64,000 bases of DNA from the human T2T-CHM13v2.0 reference genome, Homo sapiens: assembly GCF_009914755.1 (NCBI RefSeq), contig NC_060932.1; one strand, given 5' to 3'. The notes under the pieces are model-generated. The model was not told the origin of the DNA and made no database searches. It was given only the letters and a program-made list of their open reading frames with translations. The position numbers and the translations under genes are program-made. The number at the start of each line of letters is the position of its first letter. The stretch's first letter is position 1. Positions 30,601 through 43,950 of this stretch are shown here, piece by piece.

Positions 30601-31449
30601 CCATGATTGTGCCTATTCAAGCTCTTTGCTCAATAAGAAACTCTGTTGAATGTATTCAAGGGAGATTTTACTGGTTTGTGAGCTGGGATGATGAAGGGAC
30701 GGTCTTGAAATATCTTTCAAATGAATAATGGTATCAGCCCAACGTTTTTGCTTTAATTCACCATGGTGGGACAGATAGGTAGGCTTCCAGCAAGAAATCT
30801 TTCAGAACTTGCAAGTAGGAAAGAGGATGATCATCATCTATAATGAAATGTGAGCCTTCCCATTCATTCCTCTTGTTTATACACGTTCATAGAAAGAGAA
30901 TAGCACAAGAATATGACTGACTGATCCGTTCTACCTCCAATGAGAACAAGAGGAGAATTACCTTTGAAGCCCACACCTGCCAGTAATAGTGTTTCTCACC
31001 CATTTGGCTGGGAAATTCCAGGAGGATCTTCAAAAGACAAATGCCACTGCAAACTAGATGTACTTAGTCCAGAATTATTAGGGAAGGGCCAACTCCATCC
31101 AGAGAGTAGGAAAGACTTCCCTGAGAAAGTGTCACTGAGCTAAACGTAGAACGATGAATATATACAAGCTTGCCAGGTGGAGGAGGAGAGAAAGGACAAT
31201 GTAGGGACTGACCAGAAGGAAAAGAAGTTTGAGAAGGCTGGCAAGGAGGCGGGGCAAGTGCATGGGCAGAAATAAGAAAAAAAAACCTAGTGCTGAAAGT
31301 GTGCGGGAGGGTGGAGATCAGGGCTTGAGGTGTCATTCTTTGGGGACAGGCGATCTTGTAGCTGTAGGTCATGCTAAGGAGTTTGTCCCTCAGCAACAGG
31401 GAAGTCATCACATATTGCCAGCGGGAAAATTTATTTAGAAATCTGGTTA

Positions 31450-31762
<313 letters not shown>

Positions 31763-31895
31763 TGGTTAAAGTTTTAACAAGGTGATTTCTAGTTGCAGAG
31801 TGGTTTAGTTTAAGGAGCAACGGGCAATTGTGACTAGGAGACCAAATTAGAAGGCTACTGAAATCATCTTCAAAAAAAAAAGAAGAGAGAGAGAG

Positions 31896-31956
31896 AGCTT
31901 TGTGCAGTGGCAGAACATAGCCATTGAGGTTCATCTGAGGTGTAATTATTGCTAAT
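31896..31956 (+). pseudogene. 3'-truncated U4 snRNA retrocopy
   Basis: agctttgtgcagtggcagaacatagccattgaggttcatctgaggtgtaattattgctaat aligns to U4 nt 1-~62 with CpG decay; flanked by A-rich direct repeats (A11-gaaga / A11-tgaaga). Confidence 0.88.
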
Positions 31957-32549
31957 AAAAAAAAAAATGAAGACAGGGAGAATTAGGATGGGGATGAAGC
32001 AGCACCAGAAGTTAAAGCAAGTTGACTACAGTCACACAGAGAGGCTTCTTGACTTGCAATCCTGTGATTTTTTTCATGCTCTCCTCTCTTTATTACTGCA
32101 TCATAATTTGCTATCATTTGCTGTTTTTAAATAATATATGTCCTCTTATCTCCCACACCCACAGCAGTCTCCCTTCTCTGAAATACCACTGCCCTCATCA
32201 CATTCTAACTTCCAACGTTTGTAAGCTAGTTTGAGATAGGATTTGCTTCCCTGCTTTAAATCCAGCTTTGGATGTAGCTGCCTATCTCTCTGCATAGGAT
32301 CCAAAAAAACACATTAAGTGGGATGCTAAAGCAAAATACATTCTTCCTGGACTCAAATTTTTGCAGAACTTTTCAAATTCCTGGGCAATGATGGCAGGCC
32401 TCCATTTTTCAGCTGTGAAAGAAATTTTGAAAACTAGGAAAACAGGTAATGAATACCAGTGATGAGATAAATCAAATATTTGTCAATTTATCAGGATTAT
32501 TCTTAACGTAGGAATATGGCACAGGATGTTCCCTGGTTATCTATAATAT

Positions 32550-32745
32550 CAAAGCACCATTTTCCAAATGAGATTCCCACATTTGGTGACCATATGAGGG
32601 TCTTATAAAAACAATGGAAATCCCAGGCCCTAGCCCACCTACTGAGTCAGACTCCCGAGGGTTTTAGCTCGAAATCTACATGTTTAAAAATCTCTGTAGG
32701 TGATTCCTATGCAGTAAACTTATTTTTAAAAATCACTGGACTAAA
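32550..32745. mobile_element. MER5-like hAT fossil
   Basis: cccaggccc...cctactgagtcagactc...aggtgattcctatgca pattern. Confidence 0.55.
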
Positions 32746-33425
32746 GACTTAGTCACCGAATTTAACCTCTTCAGATGGTTTGTCCTTAAAATATATTTTT
32801 ATCTGCAAAATGAGATAATAAAACCTTACTTCCTTAGAATCAAGAGGCTAGATCTGGTGATCTCTTTCTGTACCTCAAGGTTCTAAAATCTGCCATTCAA
32901 ATATTTATTATCAATCATTACTGATGATTCATTACTGTTTCTGTGTTTACACCATCCCCTTCACCCAAATTCCCCTATAAAGTCTTTTCTCTCATGTAGG
33001 ATCCATCCCCTCTGTGAAATTGTCCTCAAGTGAGTTTACTCTCTGAGTAAACTCTGCCTCTTCTCCAAATCTTGAGGCATTTTTGGTCCCAACACTGATT
33101 TTGCCCAATGCAGCAATTGCTTTGTGGTGACAATCTTTGTTAAGTCCCTGTTATGACTGCCATCGTGAGAGCAAGGACTGTCTTTGTTGATGACCATGAT
33201 GTTGACCATACTAGGTAAACTATCATTGCAAACAATTTTGTGATCATTTTAATGTGCATAGTCAATCAATGTGAATCAGATCCTCTGAAAAGCCTAATAT
33301 GCACAGACTTCAAGCTTAGTTTCTGATAGATTTAAACTCATAGGAGTTTGGCTTTCATTAGCTAAATGCAGTTTAATCTCCCATGTCTAGCTCTCTAGAC
33401 TCTTTAATTAAAAAAAAATGTATAC

Positions 33426-33742
33426 GCCAGGTGTAGTGGCTCATGCCTGTAATCCTAGCACTTTGGGAGGCCAAGGCAGGCAGATCACTTGAGGTCAGGA
33501 GTTCCAGACCAGCCTGGCCAACATGACGAAACCCTGTCTCTATTAAAAATACAAAAAAAAAAAAAAAATTTTAGCAGGGTGTGGTTGTGCATGCCTACAA
33601 TCCCAGCTACTCAGGAGGCTGAGGAACAAGAATCGCTTGAACTCAGCAGGCAGAGGTCACAGTGAGCCAAGATCAGACGCTGAACTCCAGCCTGGGGGAC
33701 AAAGTGAGACTGTCTCAAAAAAAAAAAAAAAAAAAAAAAAAA
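33426..33742 (+). mobile_element. AluS with expanded middle A-tract
   Basis: Dimeric Alu consensus. Confidence 0.93.
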
Positions 33743-34489
33743 GGATAAATTATTTCCTGGCTACAAAGAAATTTTAATTAAACTAAAAAAATACTAAGTT
33801 GAAATAACCAGTCTTTGCTTACTAGGGAAATAAATATGTTTGAAAGATATAATATCAAGCATGAAAACAAGGAGATAGCCAGCAAGCCAGAACTTCTCAA
33901 GGTGCCCTGAAAATGGATGAGAATGGAATAGATTTTATTTTTGACATTGAAACAGGCAGCATTCAATTTACCCCCAAAACAACACCTCTGTTTACATCAG
34001 GGCTATTCATTAAGTTATACTGTGAGTCTCTGGTCATGAGTTCCTTTGATGTAGGATTGCAAGAAACAGTCCTTAGTCTTAACAAAGTTAGTATGAGAAG
34101 ATGCTTAAATATTATCTAATTGTAAGCTTTAATGTCTCTGTTTTTTTTTAAGTAATCTGTTGTTCTCTTATTTTAAACTCAAACTCTTGAATCTTGAGGC
34201 ATTAAGATTTGTAATTGGAAGAAGAAAAGTAATCTCCTGAATAGATAATTACATAGAGAAATCCACTGGAGAATTTGAGTGATGTCAAGGGGTTGCCGAG
34301 ATTGGAGGACCAGCATTTTCAGAGTGAGCTCTGGTGTTTCTCTGGAAGTTCTCTATGCATTCAGGGAAAACAAATGTGGCAAACAGAAAGAAATCCCATA
34401 AATCTTTCTCAAGGTTGATTGCTTTGCAGTGGTCCACCATTACCTTAACTTGACCCTTTTCCATAATTGTTCAAATGGCTGAATATCAA

Positions 34490-34640
34490 TTAAATTTGAA
34501 TTATTATTTTTAATAATTATTTGAAGTATTATTTTAATATTATTAATAATTTAATATTAATTAGAATTATTATTTTTAATATTAATTAATAATTTAATAA
34601 TTAATAATTTAATATTAATTAAATACAAATTATTATTTGA
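34490..34640. repeat. AT-rich low-complexity tract
   Basis: Nearly pure A/T, built from attaataatttaat units. Confidence 0.9.
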
Positions 34641-34955
34641 TCTCATAATCGGTTTTCTTGATCAGTTACCTGACACTATTTGGGTATTCTAGAGTGTGCT
34701 CTGTAGGAAAGGAAAGCAGGAAAGGGTGGGGACTAGGGAACAAATAAGGAGCTAAGAAAGCAAGTGACATGAAAAATATTCTATTGGCTACGATTTAACA
34801 AATAACTAGAAAGCAATCCAAAGGTTATATGCAACAGCATTGTTCTCCTAGGGAGATTACTAGAATTCACCATCATCAAAGTATTGAAACCAAAAGTGCA
34901 GTGATGGTTAATCCATCAAACAATAGCAACTATATTTAACGATAACGAATCAATG

Positions 34956-35267
34956 CAGGGCAACATTATGACTTTCATGGACACTTGCAATTTTTGCCTT
35001 CATAGGTCCTTCCCACCATAATAATATCAATATTAAAAATTATTTTTTATATAACTTTAAACATTTAAAATCTCGTTTCTCTGTTAAACTTGTGTGGGCC
35101 CTAAAACATTGTATTTTTTGGCATGAGAAAAAATTAAAACATTATTTGACCCTAAAAGTTTATTTTTTTCTTTTGGTTTTGAAATAAAGTAAGATTTTCA
35201 TGGGTTCCTAAAAGTATCACCGGCCATGTGCACTATGCTACTGTGCCTAGTGGATAAGTTGGTCCTG
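34956..35267. mobile_element. hAT (Tip100-group-like) non-autonomous element
   Basis: TIRs CAGGGCAAC / GTTGGTCCTG with 8-bp TSD aatcaatg / catcaatg. Confidence 0.7.
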
Positions 35268-36739
35268 CATCAATGAAGTGGAGACCATAATTGGTTTGAG
35301 GTAAAATAAGTCTTTTTCATTCTGAACTCTTATTTTGTCAGATGTTACCTGGTACCAAAACCCCCTCCAGGCTGGATGCTCAGTGGTACAGTTAAAATCA
35401 AGAGAAATTTGGAATAATATCTTCTCTATAAACCTGCTTCTCTTACAGGATTAGTTTTCCTAGCTGACAGAAAATCCCAGATTTATTTTTTGGCTTTCAA
35501 GTAATGACCTGAACTGGGAAATCATATTTACAGCACTAGACTAAGACGGTTTTTCAATGTCCTCTGACTCAACTAGCTTGTGTGATGTTCTTGTGATATT
35601 TGACCAGTAATTACCTATTACCCACTGGTATTAGAGACCTGTTAACATTTTCAAAGATTGTCATTAACTAGTCAAATTTAGTGACTAAAGTAAGGATTGA
35701 TTGATGGTGATGATGATGACCACGATGAAGACTACAATCATTGTGATTTTTAAAATACATGTTTATTCATTCAAGAAAAGAATACAAGTATGTGAATTTT
35801 AGTTCTTTTCTCCTCCAGATCAACATACCTAACGGGTTCTGCTTGTTGTTTAATAGTGTTATTTCTATCACCCAAAGAAAGAAAAATAAAATAATTTTTT
35901 TTAATTTCAAAATACTTTACATTGACTTAACAATAATAAAATCGAATTAAAATGGCAAGAAGAATATGATATAAAGAGCACTGGAAATCTAGAAGTTTTG
36001 GCCTTTCTTCTGCCACTTAAACTGTATTTGGGAAACTGACATGCCTTTTCTGGATTAAGGAAATTGAGAAGGATGGGAGAATTCTGAAGACCTCTTCCAA
36101 TGCTAAAATTGTGTAAAGAAAATGAAAGGCTTATCCCTAATTAATAAAAGTATTTATTTCAACATTGCACTTATACATATCTATCTGGATTGCAAACCCT
36201 TTTGAAAATTCTGGTCCCTAGGCTGTAATCCATGCCTTCAGAGGTTCTGATTTTTCAACAGGCACCCTAGAGTTGGAAAACACTAATTAAATACTAGAAA
36301 ATTTATAAATGTTTCTATTTTGCAATAATTCTGGACTGTGTTTTAATTAACAAAGATGATGTTGAAGGAATTAGTTGCATTGCAAGGCCGGGAGGAAAGC
36401 AAGGTACTTAACTATAGCAACAATGCAAAGGGCTAAAGGCATGAATAAAGTGAAACAATAAAGTCACAGTACCTGGGCATAAAACCGCTTTTCAGAAATA
36501 GAACATAAATGCTAAAGTCAATTATAGATCAACAGAGTCAGAAATAAGAAGATTTCTGAAAAAATATTAAATCTTTCTTGTCTCAAAATTGTCTTTAAAA
36601 ATTAATTTTGATATAGGAAAGATGTTAATTTCATCAAATGGTTTGAGTTTGGAATATCTAACTCTCTATTCCTCTGTACCTCTTGTATTTTCTTTAGTGT
36701 TGAGAGGCAATATTTTTGACATTGTACCACCATAATAAT

Positions 36740-36950
36740 AATTATAAGTAATACTTAAATCGTGCTTACTATGTACCAGGGAATTCAGTGAGAGATTTGT
36801 GTAGACTAAACAATTTAATCCTCAGAACAACCTCATGAAGTAGGCACAATCATTATCCCAGTTTTACAGCAAGACAGACTAAGGCACAGAAATGTTTGGT
36901 AAATTGATCAAAGTGACAAAGGTGGTATAGCACCAGAGTCTTTACACATA
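36740..36950 (-). mobile_element. MIR fragment
   Basis: tttaatcctcagaacaacctcatgaagtagg...cccagttttacag...actaaggcacaga. Confidence 0.7.
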
Positions 36951-37103
36951 AACCCAAGTTAAGTATAGACCAAGTCATTGAGTGTTTCCACTGAGGGTTA
37001 CATAATAATATCAGCATTCAATTATTCTTTCCCCTACCTGAATACTTGCTAAACTCTATCAAAATCTTAATTATCATCTTGCTAACTTCAAAATACTATG
37101 TAA

Positions 37104-37438
<335 letters not shown>

Positions 37439-37559
37439 GATGTAATTCATTTTAAATATCTTTTTGGTATAATCCTACCACCACCACCATATGCCAGGTA
37501 TCAAGAAAAGGGAGAAGGTGAGGAAAGGGGATAACAAATACACATTAAGATATGTTATC

Positions 37560-39700
37560 TGCTAATGCAATAAGACAAGAAAAGGAATAAAAGATATACA
37601 GATTGGGAAGGAAGAAATAAAACTGTTTCTGTTTGCTGATGATACAATCATCTATGTAGAAAATCTAAAAGAATCAACAAAAAAAACCTTCTGGAACTAA
37701 AAAGTAAGTATAGAGGGGTTGCAGGATACAAGGTTAATACACAAATGTCAATTGCTTTTCTATTTACCAACAATTAACAAGTGGAGTCTAAATTAGTCTC
37801 CACAATACCATTTATATCACCACCCCTAAAAATGAAACACTTAGATAGAAATCTAACAAAATATCTATAAGAACTAAAGGGGAACTATAAAACTTATGAA
37901 AGAAATCAAGGGAAAACTAAATAAATAGATATTTCATGCTCATAATAGGAAGACTCAATATTGTCAAGATGTCAGTTCATCCCATCTTGATTTATAGATT
38001 CAATGCAATTTCAATCAAAATGCCAGCAAGTAATTTTGTAAATATTGACAACCTGATTCTAAAGTTTATATGTTGATACAAAAGACCGAGAATACCCAAC
38101 ACAATATTGAAGGAGAAAAAGTTGGAGGATCGACATCAAGACATACTATAAAGTACAATAATCAAAGCAGTGCAGTACTGGTGAAAGAAAGGGCAAATAG
38201 ATCAATGGAACAGAACAGAAAGCTCAGAAATAGACCCACATAAATATAGTCAGCTGACCTTTGACAAAGGAGCAAAGGCAACACAATAGAACAAAGAGTC
38301 TTTTCAGCAAATGGTGCTGAAACAACTGGACATCTACATGCAAAAAAAGAATCTAGATATAACCTCATACCCTTCACAAAAAGTAAGTCAAAGTGGATTA
38401 CTGACCTAAATGTAAAATGCAAAAACTATAAAACTCCTAGAAGAAAACATAGGAGAAAAATCTAGCTGATCTTTGGTATGGTGATGACTTTTTAGATATG
38501 ACTCCAAAGGCACAATCCATGAAAGAAATAATTGATAAGCTGGACTTCATTAAAATTAAAAAATGCCTGCTTTGCAGAAGACACTGTCCAGAGAACAAGA
38601 AGACAAGCCACAGACTGGGAGAAAATATTTGCAAACAATATATCTGATAAAACACTGTTATTCAAAATGTACAAATAACTCTTGAAACTCAACAATGGGA
38701 AGATGAATAACTTGATTTAAAAATGGGCAAAACACTTGAACAGATACCTCACAAAAGAAGATAAACAGGTGACAAATAAGCATATGAAAAGATGCTCCAC
38801 ATCATATGTCATCAGCGAATTTCAAATAAAACAACAAGATACCACTACATGCCTATTAGAACGAACAACATTCAGAACACTGCAACACCAAATGCTAGTG
38901 AGGATGTGGATCAATGGGAACTCTGATTCATTGCCAGTGGGTACAAAATGGTACAGCCACTTTGGAAGACAGTTTTGCAGCTTACTTCAAAACTAAACTT
39001 ACTCTCCCCGTCATCACTATACCACGCAACTGCACTCCTTGGTATTTACCCAAAACAATTGAAAACATATGTCCACACAAAAATCTGCACATAGATGTTT
39101 TAACAGCTTCATTAATAATTTTGCTCTAACTTGGAAGCAACCAAGATGTCCTTCAGTAGGTAAATGGATAACCCGTGGTACATGCAGACAATGGAATATT
39201 CAGTGATAAAAAGAAATGTGTTATCTAGCTATGAAAAATCACACAGGAAACTTAAATGCATCACTAAGTAAAAGAAATCAATAAGAAAGGCCACCTACTG
39301 CACAATTCCAACTATATAATATCCCGGAACAAATGAAAAAGATCAGTGGTTGCCGGGAGTTAGGGGGAAGAGAGGAATGAATAAGCACAGAGGATGTTTA
39401 GGGCAGTGAAACGATTCTGTATGATACTATAATGGTAGATAGTTGTCATTATACATTTGTCCAAACCCATATAATGTACAACACCAACAGTGAACTCTAA
39501 CATAAACCAGGGACTTTGGGTGATAATGATGTGTCAGTGTAGGTTGTCCAGTTGTAACAACTGCGTCGCTGTGGTGGGGGATGTTGGTAATGGGAGAGGC
39601 TAGGCATGTGTAGAGACAGGGTAGATGAGAAATCACTGTATCTTCAACTCAATTTTGCTGTGAACTTAAAGGTGCTTTAAAAATAAAGTTTATTTTAAAA
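37560..39700 (+). mobile_element. L1M (ORF2 3' half plus 3'UTR), degenerate
   Basis: gcaataagacaagaaaaggaataaaaga...ctgtttgctgatgatacaatc corresponds to the RT F-A-D-D motif; ends aaaaataaagtt. Confidence 0.88.
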
Positions 39701-41059
39701 GTAAATAAATATTTAGAAAATTTACTACAGTTGACTCATGCTGCCCCATTAATACATAGATCACAGTTCCCAGTGCAAATACCATCATTGCTTCTAAAGG
39801 ATGAAAATACTGATGTGTGGGTTGACCAACTGGTATGTTGATCCATGGGAGGCTGCACAGAAAACCCTGTGGCCAGGAGAAGCATTTTTAGTGGCATGTC
39901 TCTTTCTGAGCTCTGCCCATTTGTTCTAGGTGAGGGTTATGTATACTGCTCTTATCTCATAGCCCTACCAACATCCCTATGGCTCCTGTCACAAGATGCC
40001 TTGCCCAATGGCTCTCTCAAGGCCAAATGAAGCCTATAGTTTTGGAGAGTAAAAATCCCTTATTCACATTTGCTTTTATTCCTCTGATACACTATCCTGC
40101 CTTTGTTCCGTAGAGATGATTTTATTAGCATTTCATTTGTGTATGTACTGTATTTTATTTGTGTATCTCCTGAATTTGAATATCAGCCAAAAAGAAAACA
40201 TAAGAACAATCTGGAAAAAAAGTTATCTGAGGAATCAATTAAAGATGCTCTTTTTTAATAAAAAAGAGAAATATTATCTGTGCTCATAGAGTTGACAAAT
40301 ATTGACATATTTGCTATGATAAATTTGTTTTATATTTGCATTCACCTGTGCTTAGATTGTTAATTTTTCATGAACAATGTGAAAGAATGCACAATATCTA
40401 TGGTAAAACAGAGTATCTGCAGCAGTGGAATGGGCATAGCACACTTTTAGCTCCACAGAGCTCAGTCAGGTATTTGCATTTATGAGTAGCCTGAAATCTT
40501 TAGAGTTTTGTAGGAGGGCAAAAAGGAGAGATACTACCCTGATGGTGCAGTTACATCAATAGCCTGTAGACCATAAGGCTGCTTGCCCATAAGACCTTGC
40601 AAAACTTAAACTCATCCAGTGTTAGGTGACAACTGGGCCTAAGGTAGTCCTTTTCCTTTAAGTAGTATTTGGTTTCAAAATGGAACTCTTGAAGATAGAA
40701 ACATTTTGAAGAGTCAAAGGGAAAATGTGTCATTAGAGTTCTCCTGATAGGAGATCTCAGAGGAGAAGGGGAATGAAGAAAAGCTTTCATGATATCTCTC
40801 AAATTATTCCTCCTGGACCTGTACTAGTTTCTCCTATATGGGAGGCTAATACTTAACACATGGACCTTATTGTCTCTAGAGTCAATCTTTTTGAGAATAA
40901 CCCATCATAATTTTACTCCCCCAATTTCTTAAAAGACATTTTCTTCATTCATACATTTCACCTTTATGTCTAATAATTAGGGTCAGTATATATAAGATTT
41001 CATAGAACTTATAAAAATCTGGAAATGTATCTAAACATAGAAAAATTATAATAAAAAGA

Positions 41060-41780
41060 GGACGGTCACTACTATACACATGTTAGAATAGCTAAAATGA
41101 AAAAGACTGACCCAAATGTTGACAAGGATGTGAAGAAACTGAAACTTTCATACACTGCTGGTGAGAACGTTAAATAGTATATCCACTTTGAAATATTGGT
41201 TGAAAATTTCTTTAAAATTAAGCATGCACTTACCATATGATCTAGCCATTCCATCCCTTGGTATTTATCCAAAAGAAATAAGTGTCCAGGGAAAGGTCTA
41301 TGCATAACTGCTTATAGCTGCTTTATTTGCAATAGGCAGAAACATAAAATAACCCTAAAGTATACCAATAAGTGAACAGATAAACAAATTATGGTATCTA
41401 TACAAAGAAATACTACACAGAAATAAAAAGAAATGAAGGATACATGTAATTATGATGAGTTTAAAAACCCAGAAAAAAAAAAGAGAAAAGAGTGTATGAT
41501 TCCATTTACAAGAAACTCTAGAAAATGAAAACTAATCTATAGTGAAAGGGAGGTGATCATCAGTGATTGCCTTCAGATGGGGTGGGGCAAAGACAGGGGG
41601 AGTGGCATGGAAAGGGACACCAAAGGGCAGGAGGAAACTTTTGGGAGTAATGGATATGCTCATTATCTTAATTGTGGTGATTGTTTCACAGGTGTATGCA
41701 TGGATCACAATATATCAAAGTGTATAATTTAAATATGTGTAGTTTGTTCTATGTCAAATATATCTCAATAAAATTATTTA
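41060..41780 (+). mobile_element. Old L1 (L1ME-like) 3' end
   Basis: aaatgttgacaaggatgtgaagaaactg...tacactgctggtgagaa...tatctcaataaaa. Confidence 0.78.
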
Positions 41781-42849
41781 ACAAAGAGACTGGTCAGTTT
41801 AAAATTCGACTGAGAAAAATACTGGACAACAGACATCTAGAACAAAGAAGAGACAGAGAAATGAAAACTTGAACATTAAATGTATGAAAGCCTTTAGATA
41901 AATCTTTCTATAATAAATGATAGAGAGAGTAGGTAGAAATAAAGCAGTAGATGTAATATCTTTCAGGAAGTGTTCAAAGGCAAGTCTGCTTGTACAACTA
42001 GGTAGAGATAAACAAGGGGAGGAAAAGGCAAGAAAACCAATGCCTCTGACAATCTAGTAAGCCTCTGCCCACAAATAACATAAATCTAAAAAATTGGAAA
42101 ATCAGAGAGATGGGAAGATTTAAAAATTACATAATAAAAGAAAATATCGAAGCTATACTAGGAAAAAAAAGTTTTAAAGGTGACCCTTAAACTGTACTAC
42201 ACAGCACCACCTTGAGGAAAACAATAGAAAATACTATTTCATGTTTAACAGAGCCTAATTGATTCACTGATTTATTCATTCAGTATTTATTAATACTTAG
42301 CATTTCTAGGTATGCCAGACACTGTTGGGACAACAACAAAGCATAAATGAAAGCAACAACCAAAAATCCCTATCCTCTTAGAGCTTGTCAAGAAAAGCAG
42401 CTTTGTTTTTAAATAATTTATGTTGTCTGTAAATTCGTTTTACAAACTTTTAAAAAAATTCAGTAAGGATTTAAAGGAAGCCCTTTGTATCAAAAACAAA
42501 AAAGACTATTATGATTTTTCTTTTTAAATGAGTTTTCATAGAAGAGATTTGCATAAATCAGAGTTTATTTGTAACACTCCATAGTCAATTCCAAGATTTC
42601 TCAAAAAAGCAAAAACAAACAAACAAAAACAATGTAGTGGATGCTGCCTTGTACTCCTTTATCCCATGTCCAAGATGAGGCACACATAAGCCCAGCTGCC
42701 AGGAGTGCAGGTTTCACAAGGCTAACAGCTGTGCCCACATCCTGGAATGATTATACCCTCATATCAGACAGCCATTGTGTCATGGCTGCCCCTCCCTCTG
42801 GGAATGTATTTAAACTTGGGCAAGGGAGCTCTTTTTAGCCAAAGGATTT

Positions 42850-43950
42850 CTCAGTCTTCATTTCTGTCTGTGCTTCAGCCTGGATAGATTCTATTGCTGC
42901 ATTTTCAAGTTCACTAATCTTTTCTTCTCTAGTTTCTAATCTGTTCTTAATCCTATCCAGCAAATGTTCATTTCAGTTATAGTATTTTTTTATTTCTAGG
43001 ACTTTTATCTTTCATTTATCTTTTCATTATGCTCAAATTCATCAAATCCCTGAGCATTTGAGCATATTTATATGTTTTAATTTGTGTCTGCTAATTCCAT
43101 CATCTCTGTCATTTCTGGGTCTGTTTCTATTAAGAGATTTTATTTCTGATTATAGATTTCATTTTCCTGCTTCTTGTCCTGTATAATAATTTTTGACTGG
43201 ATGCCTGGACATTGTGACTGTAATATTATTGAATGTCTGAATTTTGTTGTCTTCCTTTAAATAGCATTGGTCTTTGTGCTGACAGGAAACTAAGTTACTT
43301 GCAGATAAGCTTCTCTTTCCAATGCTTGTTTTTAAGCTAAGGTGGGTCTAGTGTAGCCTTTACTCAAGGGTAGTTCAGCCCTAGTACCAAGACAATACCT
43401 TTCTGAGGTCTCTTCTGAATGCCCCAGTTGAGTACTGACCATCTCCACTCTGGCCACAGATTCAACAACTCTCTGCCCTGTATAAGCCCCAGGAATTGTT
43501 CAGTTGACAGCCCTCTGGTCATTCTTTCCATGGCTTCATTGAAGTTTTACTCTATGCATGCACAGCTAGGGATTTCGCCAAGAATAAAGAAGACTCTCCA
43601 TACTTATTTCTAGAGGTCTTTATCCCACAGATTTTATCTTCCTTTCCAGAATCTCTTCCTTTCAATATCTCTCCTCACCTCAGGGAGGCCACTGCGCTCT
43701 TCCTGTAACCCTGCTCCCTGCATGGCCACTGGGGATAAGCCCCAAGGCAGAAAGCTGGGAGGATGGTAGAAGTTCACCTCCAATGTTACACTTTCCTAAG
43801 GCATCATGATCCTCCTGCATCTCCTGTTCTCCAGTATCTGAAAATAGCTTCTTCATATATCTTGTTTAGTATTCTAGCCACTTAGGGGATGAGGGTAAAT
43901 TGAATGCTTGTGACTGTATCACGGTTAGAATCCAGTCCCAACATTCTTCT
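42850..43950 (-). mobile_element. Old L1M 5'/ORF1-region fragment
   Basis: ttcaagttcactaatcttttcttct...tctaatctg...ttcagttatagtatttt pattern. Confidence 0.6.
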
